Numbered from the stretch's first letter, positions 23,995 to 37,437 are shown. The stretch is DNA of 64,000 nt from Prorocentrum cordatum (GCA_963575745.1 CAUYUJ010000281.1:310001-374000); one strand, 5' to 3'. The notes: a model not told the origin generated them from the letters alone. A program made the numbers and translations.

Positions 23995-24328
23995 TGTGTG
24001 TGCGCGCGTGTGTGGGTGTGCTAATATGTGCGCGTGTGCATGTGTGTGTGCGCGCGTGTGTGTGGGTGTGCGTGTGCGTGTGCGTGTGTGTGTGTGTGTG
24101 TGCATTCGTGTGTGTGTGTGGTGTGTGGTGTGTGGTGTGTGGTGTGTGGTGTGTGGTGTGTGGTGTGTGGTGTGTGGTGTGTGCGTGTGTGTGCGTGTGC
24201 GTGTGCGTGTGCGAGTGCGTGTGCGTGTGCGTGTGCGTGTGCGTGTGCGTGTGCGTGTGCGTGTGCGTGTGCGTGTGCGTGTGCGTGTGCGTGTGCGTGT
24301 GCGTGTGCGTGCGTGTGCGTGCGTGCGT

Positions 24329-24363
<35 letters not shown>

Positions 24364-24625
24364 CGTGTGTGCGTGCGTGCATGCGTGCGTGCGTGCGTGC
24401 GTGCATGCGTGCGTGCGTGCGTGCGTGCATGTGCGTGAGTGTGTGTGTGTGTGTGTGTGTGTTTTGTGTTCGTGAGTGCGTGTGCGTGCATGCGTGCGTG
24501 CATGTGTGCGTGCGTGCGTGCGTGCGTGCGTCAGCGTGTGTGTGTGTGTGTGTGTGTATGTGTGCGTGCGTGCGTGCGTGTGTGTGTGTGTGTGTGTGTG
24601 TTTGTGTGCGTGTGTCTGTGTGTGC
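23995..24625. repeat. Compound (GT)n/(GCGT)n/(GTGCGT)n/(GTGTG)n microsatellite
   Basis: Read directly from the sequence. Confidence 0.97.
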
Positions 24626-25149
24626 TTTTCACGCTGCGTGAGCCAGGCGGGCCCGCGCGCCTCCGCTTGACTTGACCTGCGCGGGGCCGCCGCGCTCGTG
24701 GCCGCGACGCCCAAAAGGTGTGCGTACATGTGCGTGCGTGTTGGGGTGCGGAGGGGACTGAGCATCAACATATACATATATGTATATAGGGACAAAGACG
24801 AGGAGGAGCAAACATTCGACGAGGAGGGAGAGACATGAGGAGATGGGGGGGAGGATCGGCAGGAAGATGAAGAGGACGGATGGGAGGAGGATGCGGAGAA
24901 AGAGAAAAATGAGGACCAACCTGCAGGCCGGAAATTCGCCAGCCCAACGGGCCAAAGGCGTGCTAAGATCTTCGGCAACTGGATAACAATATTTCCAGTT
25001 CGTGCGCGCATGGCGGCCCCTGGGGACCCCTGGACGAAAAGTACCCCGACCGATGCCCGGGATGCCCGGGCGATGCCCGGCTGACTCCCACAGGGCGCCG
25101 GGACGCCCCCCTACACGGCCCAAGAGGCCCCGAGTCGCCGAAAGATCGC

Positions 25150-25580
25150 TCAAAGATGCTCAAGATAGTCTCCAGATGGCTCCAGAGGCAGCGAAAAAGC
25201 CCCAAGAGGGCCTCAAGGGGCTCTCCAAGAGGGCCCCAACATGCAAACACCGTCCCACTCTGTTTTGAAAACGTATATGTACGACGTTTGGGGATTCACA
25301 GCGTCCAGAACTGCCCCAGAGGCCTCCAACATCGCCCCCAGACGGCCCAACACGCCCCCAAGATGGGCCCCAGGGAACCCAAGAGGGCCCCAAGACGGCC
25401 CAAGAGGGCACCAAGGCGGCCCGAGAGGCGCCCAAGGCGGCCCAAGAGGGCCCAAAAACGGCCCCAAGAGGGGCCCAAGAAGGGGGCCAGGAACCGGAAA
25501 GTCCAGCCTTCAGCCCCAAGAGGTCCCCAGGAGGCGCCAAGAGGCCCCCAAGGTGCCCCCGAGGGGCCCCCAAGAGGCAG
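25150..25580 (+). repeat. Degenerate 10-11-bp periodic array (GGCCCAAGAG-like)
   Basis: Read directly. Related reverse-orientation arrays (GGGCCTCCTG) occur inside the 1.42-kb duplication. Confidence 0.8.
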
Positions 25581-25880
25581 CGGCAAGGTTCGCATGCGGT
25601 TCCACCCCCATTTCGGAACACCCCTGACACGGTTCGTGTTCCCATAGCCAGGGACTTCCGCCGAAGGCCGCAGTGGCAAGCTTCGCATGCGGTTCCACCA
25701 CATGTCGGCACACCCCTCACACGCTTCGTGGCCACATAGGGGGCTCCGCCGAGGGCCCCAGTGGCAGGGTTCGCATGCGGCTCCACCCTCATTTCGGCGC
25801 ACCCCTCGCACTCGGTTCGTGGCCCCACAAGGAGCCCCACCGAGGGCCCCAGTGGCAGGGTTCGCACGCGGTTCCGCCCT
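25580..25880 (-). repeat. Tandem ~90-bp repeat, same family as 35310-35930 but inverted
   Basis: Shares CACTGGGGCC(C/T)TCGGTGG(A/G)GCTCC..GGGGCCACGAA with 35310-35930. Confidence 0.85.
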
Positions 25881-26759
25881 GCTTCCAGTGCAAAAACTCT
25901 CCCGACCGAATATGCGGATCAGCATGTCGAAGTGGCTCCCAGCCGTGACGGCGAGGCCTCCCCCCCCTATGGGAGGCAGACCCCGGCAGGGGGAGAATCA
26001 GCACACCTCCTGGAGGGGACTCCTCTCCCCGGTGCTTCCTGGCCGGTGGAATCGACACCCCTGGGCTCCCCGACAGGCTCTCGACCAGGCGCAGCTGAGG
26101 GACATCATCCCGGGGCCTGAAATCCTCCAGGTGCCTCCGACCCAGACCCCCGACGTCATGACTTTTTCATGACGCGACCCCCAGAAGTCCGGACCTATTC
26201 GCCGGGACCGGTTTTTCACCCCGAGTCGTTTTTTGACGGTCCCGAGGGCCGGTATAGGGCCCCCGGAGGCCGAAAACATAGAACAACTTCCCGTCATGAT
26301 TTTTTCATGACTCGAGGGGGTCTGGGGACACAGACTCTGCCCCCATCCCACCATTCGATTCCATTCCCTCCCTCCCCCAGCACGGCAGAGGCCTCGCGCC
26401 CCGCGGGAAACAGCCCTGGACCCCCGGCTTCCCCCGTGGACCTGCCTCTCATCGTCACCCGCTCCGCGGGCGGCCCTGCGGCCTGGGAAAGGCCCCCCTG
26501 GGGGGGCTGGACACGGCGAGGTGCCTCGCTCGCCCCCCCCCCCCCCCCCCCCCCCCCCCGCCCCCCCCCCCCCCCCCCCCCCCACCGAGCCAAAGCATGC
26601 AGGCCGGGGCCTCTCCGACCGATTCCCCAGCGTTGTTGTTGTCCATCTCGTCCGCGAGCTCCCAGCCTGTCCCCCCCGCGGGTGCCGGGTGCGACAGGAG
26701 CTACATGGCCTTCCCCTCCCGGGGAGCTCCAGCCGCGGGCGGCTTGAAAAACGTGATCG

Positions 26760-29700
26760 ACCCAGGAGGGACGCGCCAGCGGACGTGCCAGGGGACGTGC
26801 CATGGTGGCGCACGCGAGACGTGTCAAGGGGACGCGCTACGGAACGTACCAATGGACGCGCCACGGGACGTGCCAGGGAACGCGCCGCGAGACGTGCCAA
26901 AGAGACTCGCCACGGGACGCGTCACGGAACATGCGAGGGAACGCGCCAGGCGACGCGCCAGGGGACGTGCAAGGGAACGCGTCAGGGAACCCGTCAGGGA
27001 ACGTCAGGACCGCGCTCCCAGGCAAGCTCCTTTTTCTACTGAAAAAAAAACCGGCTTCCCCCCCCCCCCCGCCCTCCACCCCCAGACACCGCCAGAAAGG
27101 CGCAACGCACGGCGGACCAATGAACGAAGCCATTGCGACGGGACCGCGCTCCCAAGGCCACGATCTCTTGTAAATTACGCTGCGTCCGCTCTCCTAGGGT
27201 TACGATTACTCGTAAATCACGGCGTCCGCGCTCCCAGGGCCGCGATCCATCGACAATTAAACGGGCGTCACGCTCTCAAGGCCACGGCCCCCTGAAAATT
27301 ACGCTGGATTCGCGCTCCCAGGGCAACGACACTTCGCAAATTACGCAGGCGTCACGCTTCAGGGCCACGTTCCCGTGTAAATTGCGGTGGGCTCGCGCGA
27401 GGGCCGCGAGGGCCACGATCCCTCGCACACTACGCTGGGCTCGCGCTCTCAAGCCCACGACCTCTTTCGAATTACACGGCGTCCGCGCCACCAGGGCCAC
27501 GACCCCTCGCTGACGACGCTGTGTGCGCGCCCCCCGGGGCAGGCGCCCGTGCAAATCACGCTGTGCCCGCCGCTCCACGGGCAGGACCCCTTGAAAAAAT
27601 TACGCTGCGCCCGCGCTCCCAGGGCCGCGCTCCCTTGTGAACTACGCTGCGTCCGCGCTCCCAGGGCCGCGCTCCCTCGTGAATTGCGCAGCGTACGCGC
27701 TCCCAGGGCCACGAGCCGTCGTACATTGCGCTGGGTTCGCGCCTCCAGGGCCACGATCCATGGTAAATTACACTGCGTCGCGTGTCAGGGAACGTGCCAG
27801 ACGACACGCCAAGGGACGTGCCAGGGAACTGCGTCAAGGAACGTGCCACGGCACGTCCTTGACCCCGGGGCAGGATCCCTCGAAAGTTACGCGGCGTGCG
27901 CGCTCCGAGGCCTACGATCTCTTTTTTCCCCGGAAAGGGCATAGGCCCAGGGTTCTCTTTTAGTATGTAAACTTGTCCCCGGTGCCTCAACTGAGGTGGG
28001 CCGGCGGATTCTTTCCCTGATAAATATCGAAGTCGAGGTGGCCCGCGGATTAAAATTTGATGATGTCTCAGGCGAAGCGCTTGCTTTTGAAATCCCGATC
28101 GATAAATCACAGGGTGCGGGCCACCTCAGCACGACCACACCCCAGCACGACCACGCCCCAGCACAACCACGCCCCAGCACGACTACACCCCAGCACGACC
28201 ACACCCCAGCACGACCACACCCCAGCACGACCACACCCCAGCACGACCACACCCCAGCACGACCACACCCAGCACGACCCGATCGATAAATCACAAGGTG
28301 CGGACCACCCCAGCACGACCCCACCCCAGCACGACCCCACCCAAGCACGACCACGCCCCAGCACGACCACACCCCAGCACGACCACATCCCAGCACGACC
28401 ACATCCCAGCACGACCACACCCCAGCACGACCACACCCCAGCACGACCCCACCCTAGCACGACCCCACCCCAGCACGACCCCACCCCAGCACGACCACCC
28501 CCCAGCACGACCCCACCCCAGCACGACCCCACCCCAGCACGACCACACCCCAGCACGACCTCTCCACAGCACGACCCCACCCCAGCACGACAACGCCCCA
28601 GCACGACCACGCCCCAGCACGACCACGCCCCAGCACGACCACACCCCAGCACGACCACCCCCCCCAGCACGACCACCCGACCACCCCCCAGCACGACCAC
28701 CCCCCAGCACGACCACACCCCAGCACGACCCCACCCCAGCACGACCACACCCCAGCACGACCACACCCCAGCACGACCACACCCAGTCGCACCCCTGTGG
28801 AATGTTTCGTGGGGTGTCTGGTTGAGTGGTTACCTGTTCGTGGGGTTTCTCGTGGAATGTTTCACGGGGTGTCTCGTGGAATGTTTCGTGAGGTGTCTCG
28901 TGGAATGTTTCGTGAGGTGTCTCGTGGGATGTTTCGCGGCATGTCTCGTGGGATGTTTCGTGTGGTGTCGCCCAGTTGGATATCGTGAAAACGTGACCAT
29001 GCTGCACATGTCTATATCCCTTTCCGGATTCGTGGGTCCATCATGTTCTTTGCTGGGCTCGCGCTCTCAGGGCTACGATCCCTTGAAAATTACGACGCGT
29101 CCGCGCCACCAGGGCCACGAGCCCTCGTCAATTAGCTGTCCGCACCCCCACGGGCAGGATTCCTAAACTTACGCTATGACCGCACCCCCACGGGCGGGAT
29201 CCCGGAGCATGATGGACCCACGAACCCCGAAATGAATACAGAGACGTAAGGCATGGCAACGTTTTCCAGACATTGATTGTGCGACGGGTAAGTGCAATGC
29301 TGAGTAGATTGATCTTGACGTACCGTGCCAAAGGCTGTGCTGTGCTGCGCCGTGCTGAATTGCGATGTACCATGCCGCGATTGTGCTCTATATCGTTGTG
29401 GATCGAGCCCACCTTTGCATCCGAGTCCTGACCGAACTGATCTGGATCTTAAGCTCGAGCTGCCTGCGCACACAGTAGCTGCCCCAATGCTAATTTACAA
29501 GGGGGCACGCTAGGGGGAAGCGCCGCGGAACGTCCCAAGGGACGCGCCAGGCGACGTGCCAGGGGACGTGCCATGAGGACGCACCGCTGGAAGTGCCAAG
29601 GGGACGCGCCGCGCGACGTGCCAGGGGAACTCGCCATGGGACGCACCACAGAACGTGCCAGGTTGCAAGGCTGAATCTATCGACCTTGATGTGCGGTGCC

Positions 29701-32700
29701 AATGACTGTGCTGTGCTGAGCCGTGCTGAATTGCGATGTGCCATGCCGCGATTGTGTCTATAGCAATGTGGATCGAGTCGTCCTTTGCATCCGAGACCTG
29801 ACCGAACTGATCTGGACTTTCAGCTCGAGCTGCTTGAGCACATAGTGGCTGCCCCAGACGCGCAGCGGAACGTCCCAACGGACGCGCCAGGACACGTGCC
29901 AAAGGATGTGCCATGGGGACGCACCGCTGGGGTGCCAAGGCGCCGCGCTACGGAACGTGCCAATGGACGTGCCACGGGACGTGCCAAGGGACGCGCCGCG
30001 CGACGTGCCAGGGGATCCACGGAACGTGCCAGGGAACGTGCCAGGGAACGCGTCAGGGAACGTGCCGCGGGACGCCCCTGACCCAGGTCCAGGATCCCAC
30101 GAAATTATGATGCGTCCGCGCTCCCAGGGCCACGTTCCCAGTAAATTACGCTGCGTCGTCCGCGCTCCCAGAGCCACGATCCCTTGTAAACTATGCTGCG
30201 TCCGCTACTTCTGGGCTACGATCCCGTGGAGACTACGCTGGGTCCGCGCTCCCAAGGCCGCGCTCCCTCGTGAATGGCGCTGTGTGCCCGCTCCCAAGGC
30301 CACGCTCCCGCAAACATTACCGTGTGCGAGCCCATCAAGGGCCACGATCCATTGTAAATTACGCTGCGTCCGCGCTCCCAGGGCCACTATCCATAGAGAA
30401 ATTACGCTGCGTCCGCGCTTCCAGGGCCACGAACCCTTGTAAATTACGCTGCGCCCGCTCTCCCTGGGCCACGATCCATCGTAAACTACGCTGCGGCCGC
30501 GCTCCCAGGGCCGCGCTCCCTTGTGCATTACGCTGTGTCCGCGCTGCCAGGGCCACGTTCCCTTGTGAATCGCGCTGTGTCCGCCCCCCCCAGGGCAGGG
30601 CCACGGTCCATTGTAAAGTATGCTACGTCCGCGCTCCGAGGGCCACGATCCATTGTTAGCTACGCTGCGTCCGCTCTTCCAGGGCCACGATCCCTTGTAA
30701 AGTACGCTGCGTCCGCGCACGATTACGCAGGGTTCGCGCCTCCAGGGCCAGGATTCCTCGTCAATTACGCTGCGTCCGCGCTCCCAGGGCCAGGATCCTT
30801 TGCAAATTATACGGCGTCCGCGCTCACAGGGCCACGATCCTTTGCAAATAATAATCCGACTGCACTCCCAGAACCACCTGGACATCATGGGGCGCCCAGG
30901 CCTTTCAAGCGTTGCAGAACAAGCGTTTTGCCCGAGACATCCTCATATATTCGGCACGCAGGGTGCGCCATCCTCGAGCGGGAACGCAACAAGTCATTTT
31001 CGGTACTTTCACAACGGCCCGTCAAAGATTTTAGGGTCTCCATACTTTGTCTTTTAATACGGATTCTCTGCAAAAGGCTCCGCACCTTCTTTTTTACAAG
31101 GGAAGCGGTGGTCTGCGGACCCCGTTCCGACATGGGGGGCACATTTTCCTGGAGCGGGCACGCGCGAAACGCATGTTTCCCGCGACGAATGGGACTGCAC
31201 CTCGTTTTCATCGCAACATCATTTCGCTGGCTCGTGTCAAGTCGACTCCAAGGGTGAGCCTATGAAAAAACCCTGGCTGGGCATGTCCGCCCCCCCCCAG
31301 GCCAGGATCCGTCCTACATTACGCTGCGTCCACACTCCCAGGGCCGCGATCCCTTGTAAATTATGCTGCGCCCGCTCCCTCTGGGCAACGATCCCTCGTA
31401 AACGACACTGCGCCCGCGCTCCCTCGTCAATTACGCAGCGTCCGCGCTGCCAGGGCCACGTTCCCGTGTAAATTGCTCTGCGTTCGGGCTCCCGGCACCA
31501 TCCAGGCATTGTGGGGCGCCCAGGCCGGGCAACTTCTGCAACACAAGCGGTTCGCTCGAGACATCCTCAGATGTTCGGCGCGCAGGGCGCGCCATCCTCG
31601 AGCGGGCACGCAAAAAGAGTATCTACGTGTACCATTGTCTGACATGTTTCAAGGCCTCCGCACATGTGCTTTATCTCGGATTCTGAGCAATACGCTCCAA
31701 GGCCCCGTTTCTTGCAGGGGAAAGCGTGTGTCGGTGGACCCCGTTATGTATCGAGTATCCGAAATAGTGCTCGAGCGGGCACGCGCAAAACATATGTTTC
31801 CCCATGAGGATTGGACTTTACCTTCTCTCCTTTCGAGCCGAACTTCACCGGCCCTCTGAAAGTCGACCCCGGGGGTAAACCAGCTAACTGAAAGCCCTGG
31901 GCCCACGCCCTTTCCGGGCAACATGATCGGCCCACGCACCCGGAAAGGGATTTAGAACTGCGAGGAATGGAAACGTGTCTCAGCACCTGAATTGGGCGAT
32001 GGACAGTGGCACTGCTGCAGATATCCATGGTAATGACCCGTGCCAGGGGCTGTGTTGTACTTCTCTGCGCTGTGCCGCGCCGCACAATGGCGTGCCCAGG
32101 GGACGTGCCACTGAACGTGCCAGTGGAAGCGCCACGGGAAAGGGCCAACGCGCCGCGCCATGTGCCAGGGGTACGCGCCATGGGACGTGCCAGGGGGACG
32201 CGCCACGGGACGTGCCAGCGGACGTGCCAGGGAACGTGCCAGGGGACGCGTCGCGCGACGCGCCCAGGGGAGGCGCCAGGGAACGTGCCAGGTATCAATG
32301 GTGATGCTACTGTGCCAGGGGCTGTGTTGTGCTTCCCTGCACTGTGCATTGCCGCGCAGTGACATGCCAGGAGACGCGCCACTGAATGGTGCCAATGGAC
32401 GTCCCAGGGGACGTGCCAGGGGACTCGCCGCGCGATGTGCCAGGGGTACGCGCCACGGAACGTGCCAGGGGGACGCGCCACGGAACGTGCCCACGGACGT
32501 GCCACCATGCCAGGGAACGCTGCGTCCGCGCTCCCAAGACAACGATCCATCGCAAATCACGCGGCGTCCGCGCTCCCATGGCCGCGATCCCTCGTAAATT
32601 ACGCGGGAGCTACGCTCTCAAGGCCACGGTCCCCCGAAACTTACCCTGGATTCGCGATCCCAAGGAAACGATCCATCAGAAATGACACATGATTCACGCT

Positions 32701-33470
32701 CCAGGGCAACGGTCCCTCGTAAATTACACTTGGCCCGCGCTCCCGATCACTCGTGAATCACGCTGGGTTCGCACTCTCAGGGCCACGATCTTTTGTACAT
32801 TACACTGCGTCCGCGCCACCAGGGCCACGACCCCTCGCTAATTGTGCTGTGTCCGCGCACCCATTGGCAAGACCCCGAATACCGACTGCCCAAGGCCACG
32901 ATCCCCCGTAAGTTCCGCTGCGGCCGCGCTCCCAGGGCCACGATCCCTAGTAAACTACGCTGCATCCGCGCTCCCAAGGCCACGACCCATCGTAAATTAC
33001 ACTGCGTCCGCTCTCCCTGGGCCGCGATCCATCGTAAACGACGCTGCGTCCGCGCTCCCAGGGCCACGACCCATCGTAAATTACGCCGCGTCCGCTCTCC
33101 CTGGGCCGCGATCCATCGTAAACGACGCTGCGTCCGCGCTCCCAGGGCCGCGCTCCCTGGCGAAACACGCTGTCTTCGCGCACCCAGCGGCAGGATCCCC
33201 AATCCATTACGCCGTGTCCGCCCTCCAGGACCACGATCCCTTTGTGAGTTACTACGCTGCGTCCGCGCTCCCAGGGCCACGATCCCGTTGTAAATTACAA
33301 AGCCTCCACGCGCCCAGGGCCACGACCCGTTGTACATTACGCCAGGACCCCTCGTGAACTGCGCTTTCTTCCCCGCGCTCCGGAGGCCGCGCCCCCTCGC
33401 GAATCGCACAGCGTCCACGATCTCAGGGCCACGACCCGTCGTACATTACGCTGGGTTCGCGCCTCCTGGG
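26760..33470 (+). repeat. Composite minisatellite domain
   Basis: 12-bp GGGACGTGCCAG arrays (26760-27010, 29510-30080, 32090-32520) alternate with 42-bp AAATTACGCTGCGTCCGCGCTCCCAGGGCCACGATCCCTTGT arrays (27140-27780, 30100-30850, 31310-31480, 32520-33470). Also present are an 18-bp CCCAGCACGACCACACCC array (28125-28785), a 20-bp GTGTCTCGTGGAATGTTTCG array (28796-28965), and two diverged ~400-bp copies (30885-31260, 31510-31880). Confidence 0.92.
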
Positions 33471-34603
33471 CCAGGCCATCGCCCATTACAACTATTCGAC
33501 GGCACGGAGTGTTGGCGCAGGCCGCGGACAAGCGTGTCCATCGCAGCCCATCGCAGAAGTCGCAAGCTGCCAGCCTCGAGGAAGAAGCCTAGACACAACC
33601 CGTAGGAAAAGAATGGCCCAAGCGCAAAAACAGTCTGCAACGTATAGCCTATGACAAACACAGGTGCGCCGAGGTTCGAGCCCATGATGACACAATCAAG
33701 CAATTATAGGCGGGAGCGGCGCGCGTGCCGCGTTTTGCCAGCGTGCTCCAGCGAAACACTTCCTGGAGCCAGGCGCTTCGGCTCAAATGCCTACTGATGG
33801 CACAACGCATGGCCCTGATATCAGGTGCTCCCCCCACGGCCGCATTCTAGCCTCGTCCATGGACTGTGTTTGTTCATCGTTTTGTGCTGCGCGTTCCTTA
33901 GTGTTCCCCCTTCTGTGACTAAAACTGCCTATTCCAGGCGGCCGGTTGAACCAAGCGCTTGACTTGACCCACTAGCTGCGCCAAGCGGGGTGGCTCCCAG
34001 AACTGGCTTGCCGACGCGAAATCCAAAGTGCGAAACAAAAACAACAAAACTGGCCGAAACGGTCACAAAGATCCGATGGCCTTTCAGTGGAAATCAAACC
34101 ACACGTGCAATCGCAGAAACAGCTTTGCGTTCTGTGCTGTTGACTTCAAAAACTTCAGATGCGGTTCTTAGCTTTCATGTTACGAGCCGGCGGCGCATCG
34201 CACACTTATGAAATTGTAGACCCAGATAGCGGAGCGCCAGAAGGCCTTTCAAAGGCCTCTGGGAGGAGCCCTGAAAGCTCTTGGGAGGAGCTTCCGAAGG
34301 AGCTTGAAGCAAGCCGCGGCGGCGCTGGAAAACGGAGGCCAGAAGGCGCGCTGCAGGGCCAGGCTGCGGCCCTGGCCTCTCGTAAGGAACCCTCTTAGCT
34401 CTCAACGGGCCATCTGGGGACCACTGCGAAGCATCGCCAAACATCGCAGCGCACAGCACAGCACTGCAAAACCTGGCGCGCTGGACGCCTCGGGCGACCC
34501 TCGAGGGCCCCGAGCGTCTCACAGCGCCGCTGGACGCCCCGGGGCAGGGCGCCGTGGGCGCCGCCAGCCCTTCGACGCCACGACTGCACTCTGCACGGGG
34601 GCC

Positions 34604-34808
34604 ACGGGGCCCTTCAACGGGCGAGGAACGGTATATAAAATGAACTTTTTCGCTGTCGGGGGCGCCTGCCCCTGGGCGGCTGGAAAGTTTATACCCCTAC
34701 GGTGCCACCGTAAGGGTATAAACTTTCCAGCCGCCCAGGGACAGGCGCCCCCGACAGCGAAAAAGTTTATTGTATGCCGTTCTTCGCTCGCTGAGCCCTG
34801 GGCCCCGT
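34604..34808. repeat. Long near-perfect palindrome (hairpin), centred on 34705
   Basis: The core 34643-34767 has 62-bp arms with 2 mismatches and a 1-nt spacer. Imperfect arms extend to ~100 bp. Confidence 0.95.
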
Positions 34809-35309
34809 CTCCGAAAGGTCACTTTGTCATCGAGAGCTGATGCTCAAAACCTGTCCCCAGGTGCACGTTTTTCTTGTTCGGCGTCTCGACGTTGGGCTGA
34901 AGGGGGTGGGGTGGGGGGGTCTGGCTGCAGACCTTTGCCGAATGCGGTTGTCTGCGACAGTGTGTCCTCTGGGGGAGACTCCTTCGGCTTGAGGCAGGCG
35001 CCAAAAACAGCCAAGATCTAACTCCAGGGGGTGAGGGGGAGGGGGTGCGAGGGCCCGCGCCGATCGGCAAAACAACGAATAAGCAAACGATCACCAGACC
35101 GCCCTGGCTTTTTTTTACGAACTGCGTCCAGATGCGGCGACGAGATAACTCCCAACACGCTGCGGACAGAACGAAACGGCGACGACGGCAGGAGTGTCGT
35201 CGTCGACGACCCTGGCACACCATGGGGACCCTGAGATCCTACGTCACGGAAATTAGCCTGGCGATGGGCCAAACCATATGCAGCTGCGAGTACGCGTTGT
35301 GGGTACCGT

Positions 35310-35930
35310 TTTCGGTGGAGCTCCCTATGGGGCCACGAAGCGCATGAGGGGTGTGCCGAAACGGACGGCCCAAGCGCGCGCAGGCGGTTGCACTGGGGCC
35401 TTCGGTGGAGCTCCGCATGGGGCCACGAAACGCGTGAGGTATGTGCCGAAATGGGCGACGAAGCCACTGCGGCCTTCGGTGGAGCTCCCTGTGTGGCCAC
35501 GAACCGAAATGGGCCTGCGGTGGGCGGGTGGCCGCATGCGAACGCAGCCACTGGGGCCTTCGGTGGAGCACCCTGTGGGGCCACGAAGCGCGTGAGCGGT
35601 GTGCCGCGGTGGGCATGCGGTGGGCGGGGGGCCGCATACGAATGTGGCCACTGGGGCCTTCGGTGGAGATCCATATGGGGCCACGAAGCGCGTGAGTGGT
35701 GTGCCGAAGTGTGCATGCGGTGGGCGGGGGGGCGCATGCGACCGCAGCCACTGGGGCCTTCGGTGGAGCTCCCTATGAGGCCACGAAGCGCGTGAGAGGT
35801 GTGCTGGAATTGGCATGCGGTGGGCGGGGGTGCGCATGACGCGGCTACTGTGGCCTTCAATGGAGCTCCCCATTGGGCCACGAACCGTGTGAGGGGTGTG
35901 CCGATATGGGCATGCGGAGGGCAGAGTGCC
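35310..35930 (+). repeat. Tandem ~80-105-bp repeat (GGCCTTCGGTGGAGCTCCC..GGGGCCACGAAGCGCGTGAG), ~7 units
   Basis: Read directly from the sequence. Confidence 0.9.
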
Positions 35931-36573
35931 GAAATGGACATTCGGAGGGCAGAGGCACGCATGGGAGGAGATAGGAGTGGGAGGAGGAGGAGAGGAGGAG
36001 GATGAGAACGCGGGGCGCTGTCTCTCCAAAACGAGGACCCAACACAAGTACAATAACCTCGGCACGTGTTCTGGACTCTTATTCTCTGCTACATTTGTTG
36101 GGGCCTGACTTGGCACTCAGGCTCCCCACCGTGATGACTTCCTGAGTTCCACTCACGGGTCGCCGCCGCGGCCATCAGGGGTCCGCGCCGCGCGCCGCCT
36201 GTGGGCATGTAGGTGGGGGGGCCGGCTTAACGCGAGGACAGTCTTAGGAATGTGCATCGGGATGAGGCGATGCGAAGCATAGGTGTCCCCAGAGATCCGA
36301 TGTCGCGATTTTTGTTCAATGCGGGGTCCTGGGACATCTCGACCCTTTCCTCGGGACCTCTTTTGTTCCGTCCTGGGTCGTGTTTTGATGGTCCCGAGGC
36401 CCGGCGAGGGTCCCCAGGGGCCGCAAATGGCGAAAAACCTCCGTCTGGATGTTGTCAAAACCTTGGGACTCTGGGGGCCACAGGGAAGCGGAACTCCTTC
36501 GGGCAGGCGCCCTCCGCGCCCCGCTGCTGGGCCGCCGCCGCATCCAGGGCTCCGAGCTCGGCGCGCGCCCTCA

Positions 36574-36768
36574 GTCGGGAGCGGCCAAGAGGGGGGTGTC
36601 CAAGAGGGGGGGGTGCACATCATGACCGGCGGCATGTGCGCGGCCCCGCGGGGGGGCCAGGGACGTCATGAAATAAGAAGAGGCGCCATGAGATCTGGGG
36701 AAATATCATGGCCCACGCCATGATATCCACCCCCCCTAGTCATCACCCCCCTCTTTTCCGCCCCCGAC
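36574..36768 (+). mobile_element. 195-bp MITE, family B (GTC...GAC ends, 3-bp TSD)
   Basis: GTCGGGAGCGG..CCGCCCCCGAC with flanks TCA/TCG. Colinear with 38430-38623. Confidence 0.85.
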
Positions 36769-36928
36769 TCGGGCGGAGGGGGGGTGAGCGCCCGGGCCCG
36801 CCGAAGTGGGTGATGACCGTGTCGCTCTCGCCCCCCTTGGAGAAGGGCTCCTCGGTCGGCCAGGAGGGCCGGGCGGCGAGCGTGCGAGGAGCAGCCAGGA
36901 GGGGGGAAGAGAGAGGGGAGGAGGGGGG

Positions 36929-37284
36929 CCCAGAGATCCAACGCATGGACAAAAATCAAGACGGAGGTGTTTCGCAGCGTTCGGCCCCATCAGGGCCCTC
37001 GCCGGGCCTCGGGGCTATCAAAAAACGACAAAAGACGAAAAACTGGTCCTGGGGAATGGGCAGGGATTTCCCGGGACCCCGCATGTGAAGGGGCCCTGGG
37101 ACATACAAATAAATACACACAAATAAAAGGATCCCCCATATTTTCCAATATGTGTTCTGGGTTTCTGTCTCCCCCCCCACTCCCCATATTTTCCTATATG
37201 TTCTCGGGGATCGACGATCAATTGTGTCTGTGTGTTTTTTCCCTCCTGAAGCATTGACAAAAATCACGACGTTGGATCTCTGGG
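36929..37284 (+). mobile_element. MITE family C copy carrying an inserted ~165-bp segment
   Basis: The ends match 22046-22227. The insert at ~37087-37250 is homologous to the tandem array at 51254-51738. Confidence 0.8.
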
Positions 37285-37437
37285 GAGGTGGGGAAGCAGG
37301 GGGGAACGGGGAGAGGGGAGAGGTCCCGAGCGGGTCCTGCTGCTGCGCTGTGAGTGTGTGCGCCCCCAGCTCGCAGAGCCTACAGGCAGCTCTGGCCTAT
37401 CAGCAGGGGCACAAGACACCGAACCACATCCCAGCTA

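Noticed and set aside
30100..33470. 42-bp repeats as a CRISPR or iteron array
   Set aside because: The units are contiguous and degenerate without spacers, in a eukaryotic context.
33660..33690. tRNA T-loop-like GGTTCGAG
   Set aside because: I could not build a cloverleaf or acceptor stem.
33446..33703. Hydrophobic ORF with IMGSNLG, like a Na/Pi cotransporter motif
   Set aside because: It is a single short motif with no supporting context or splice signals.
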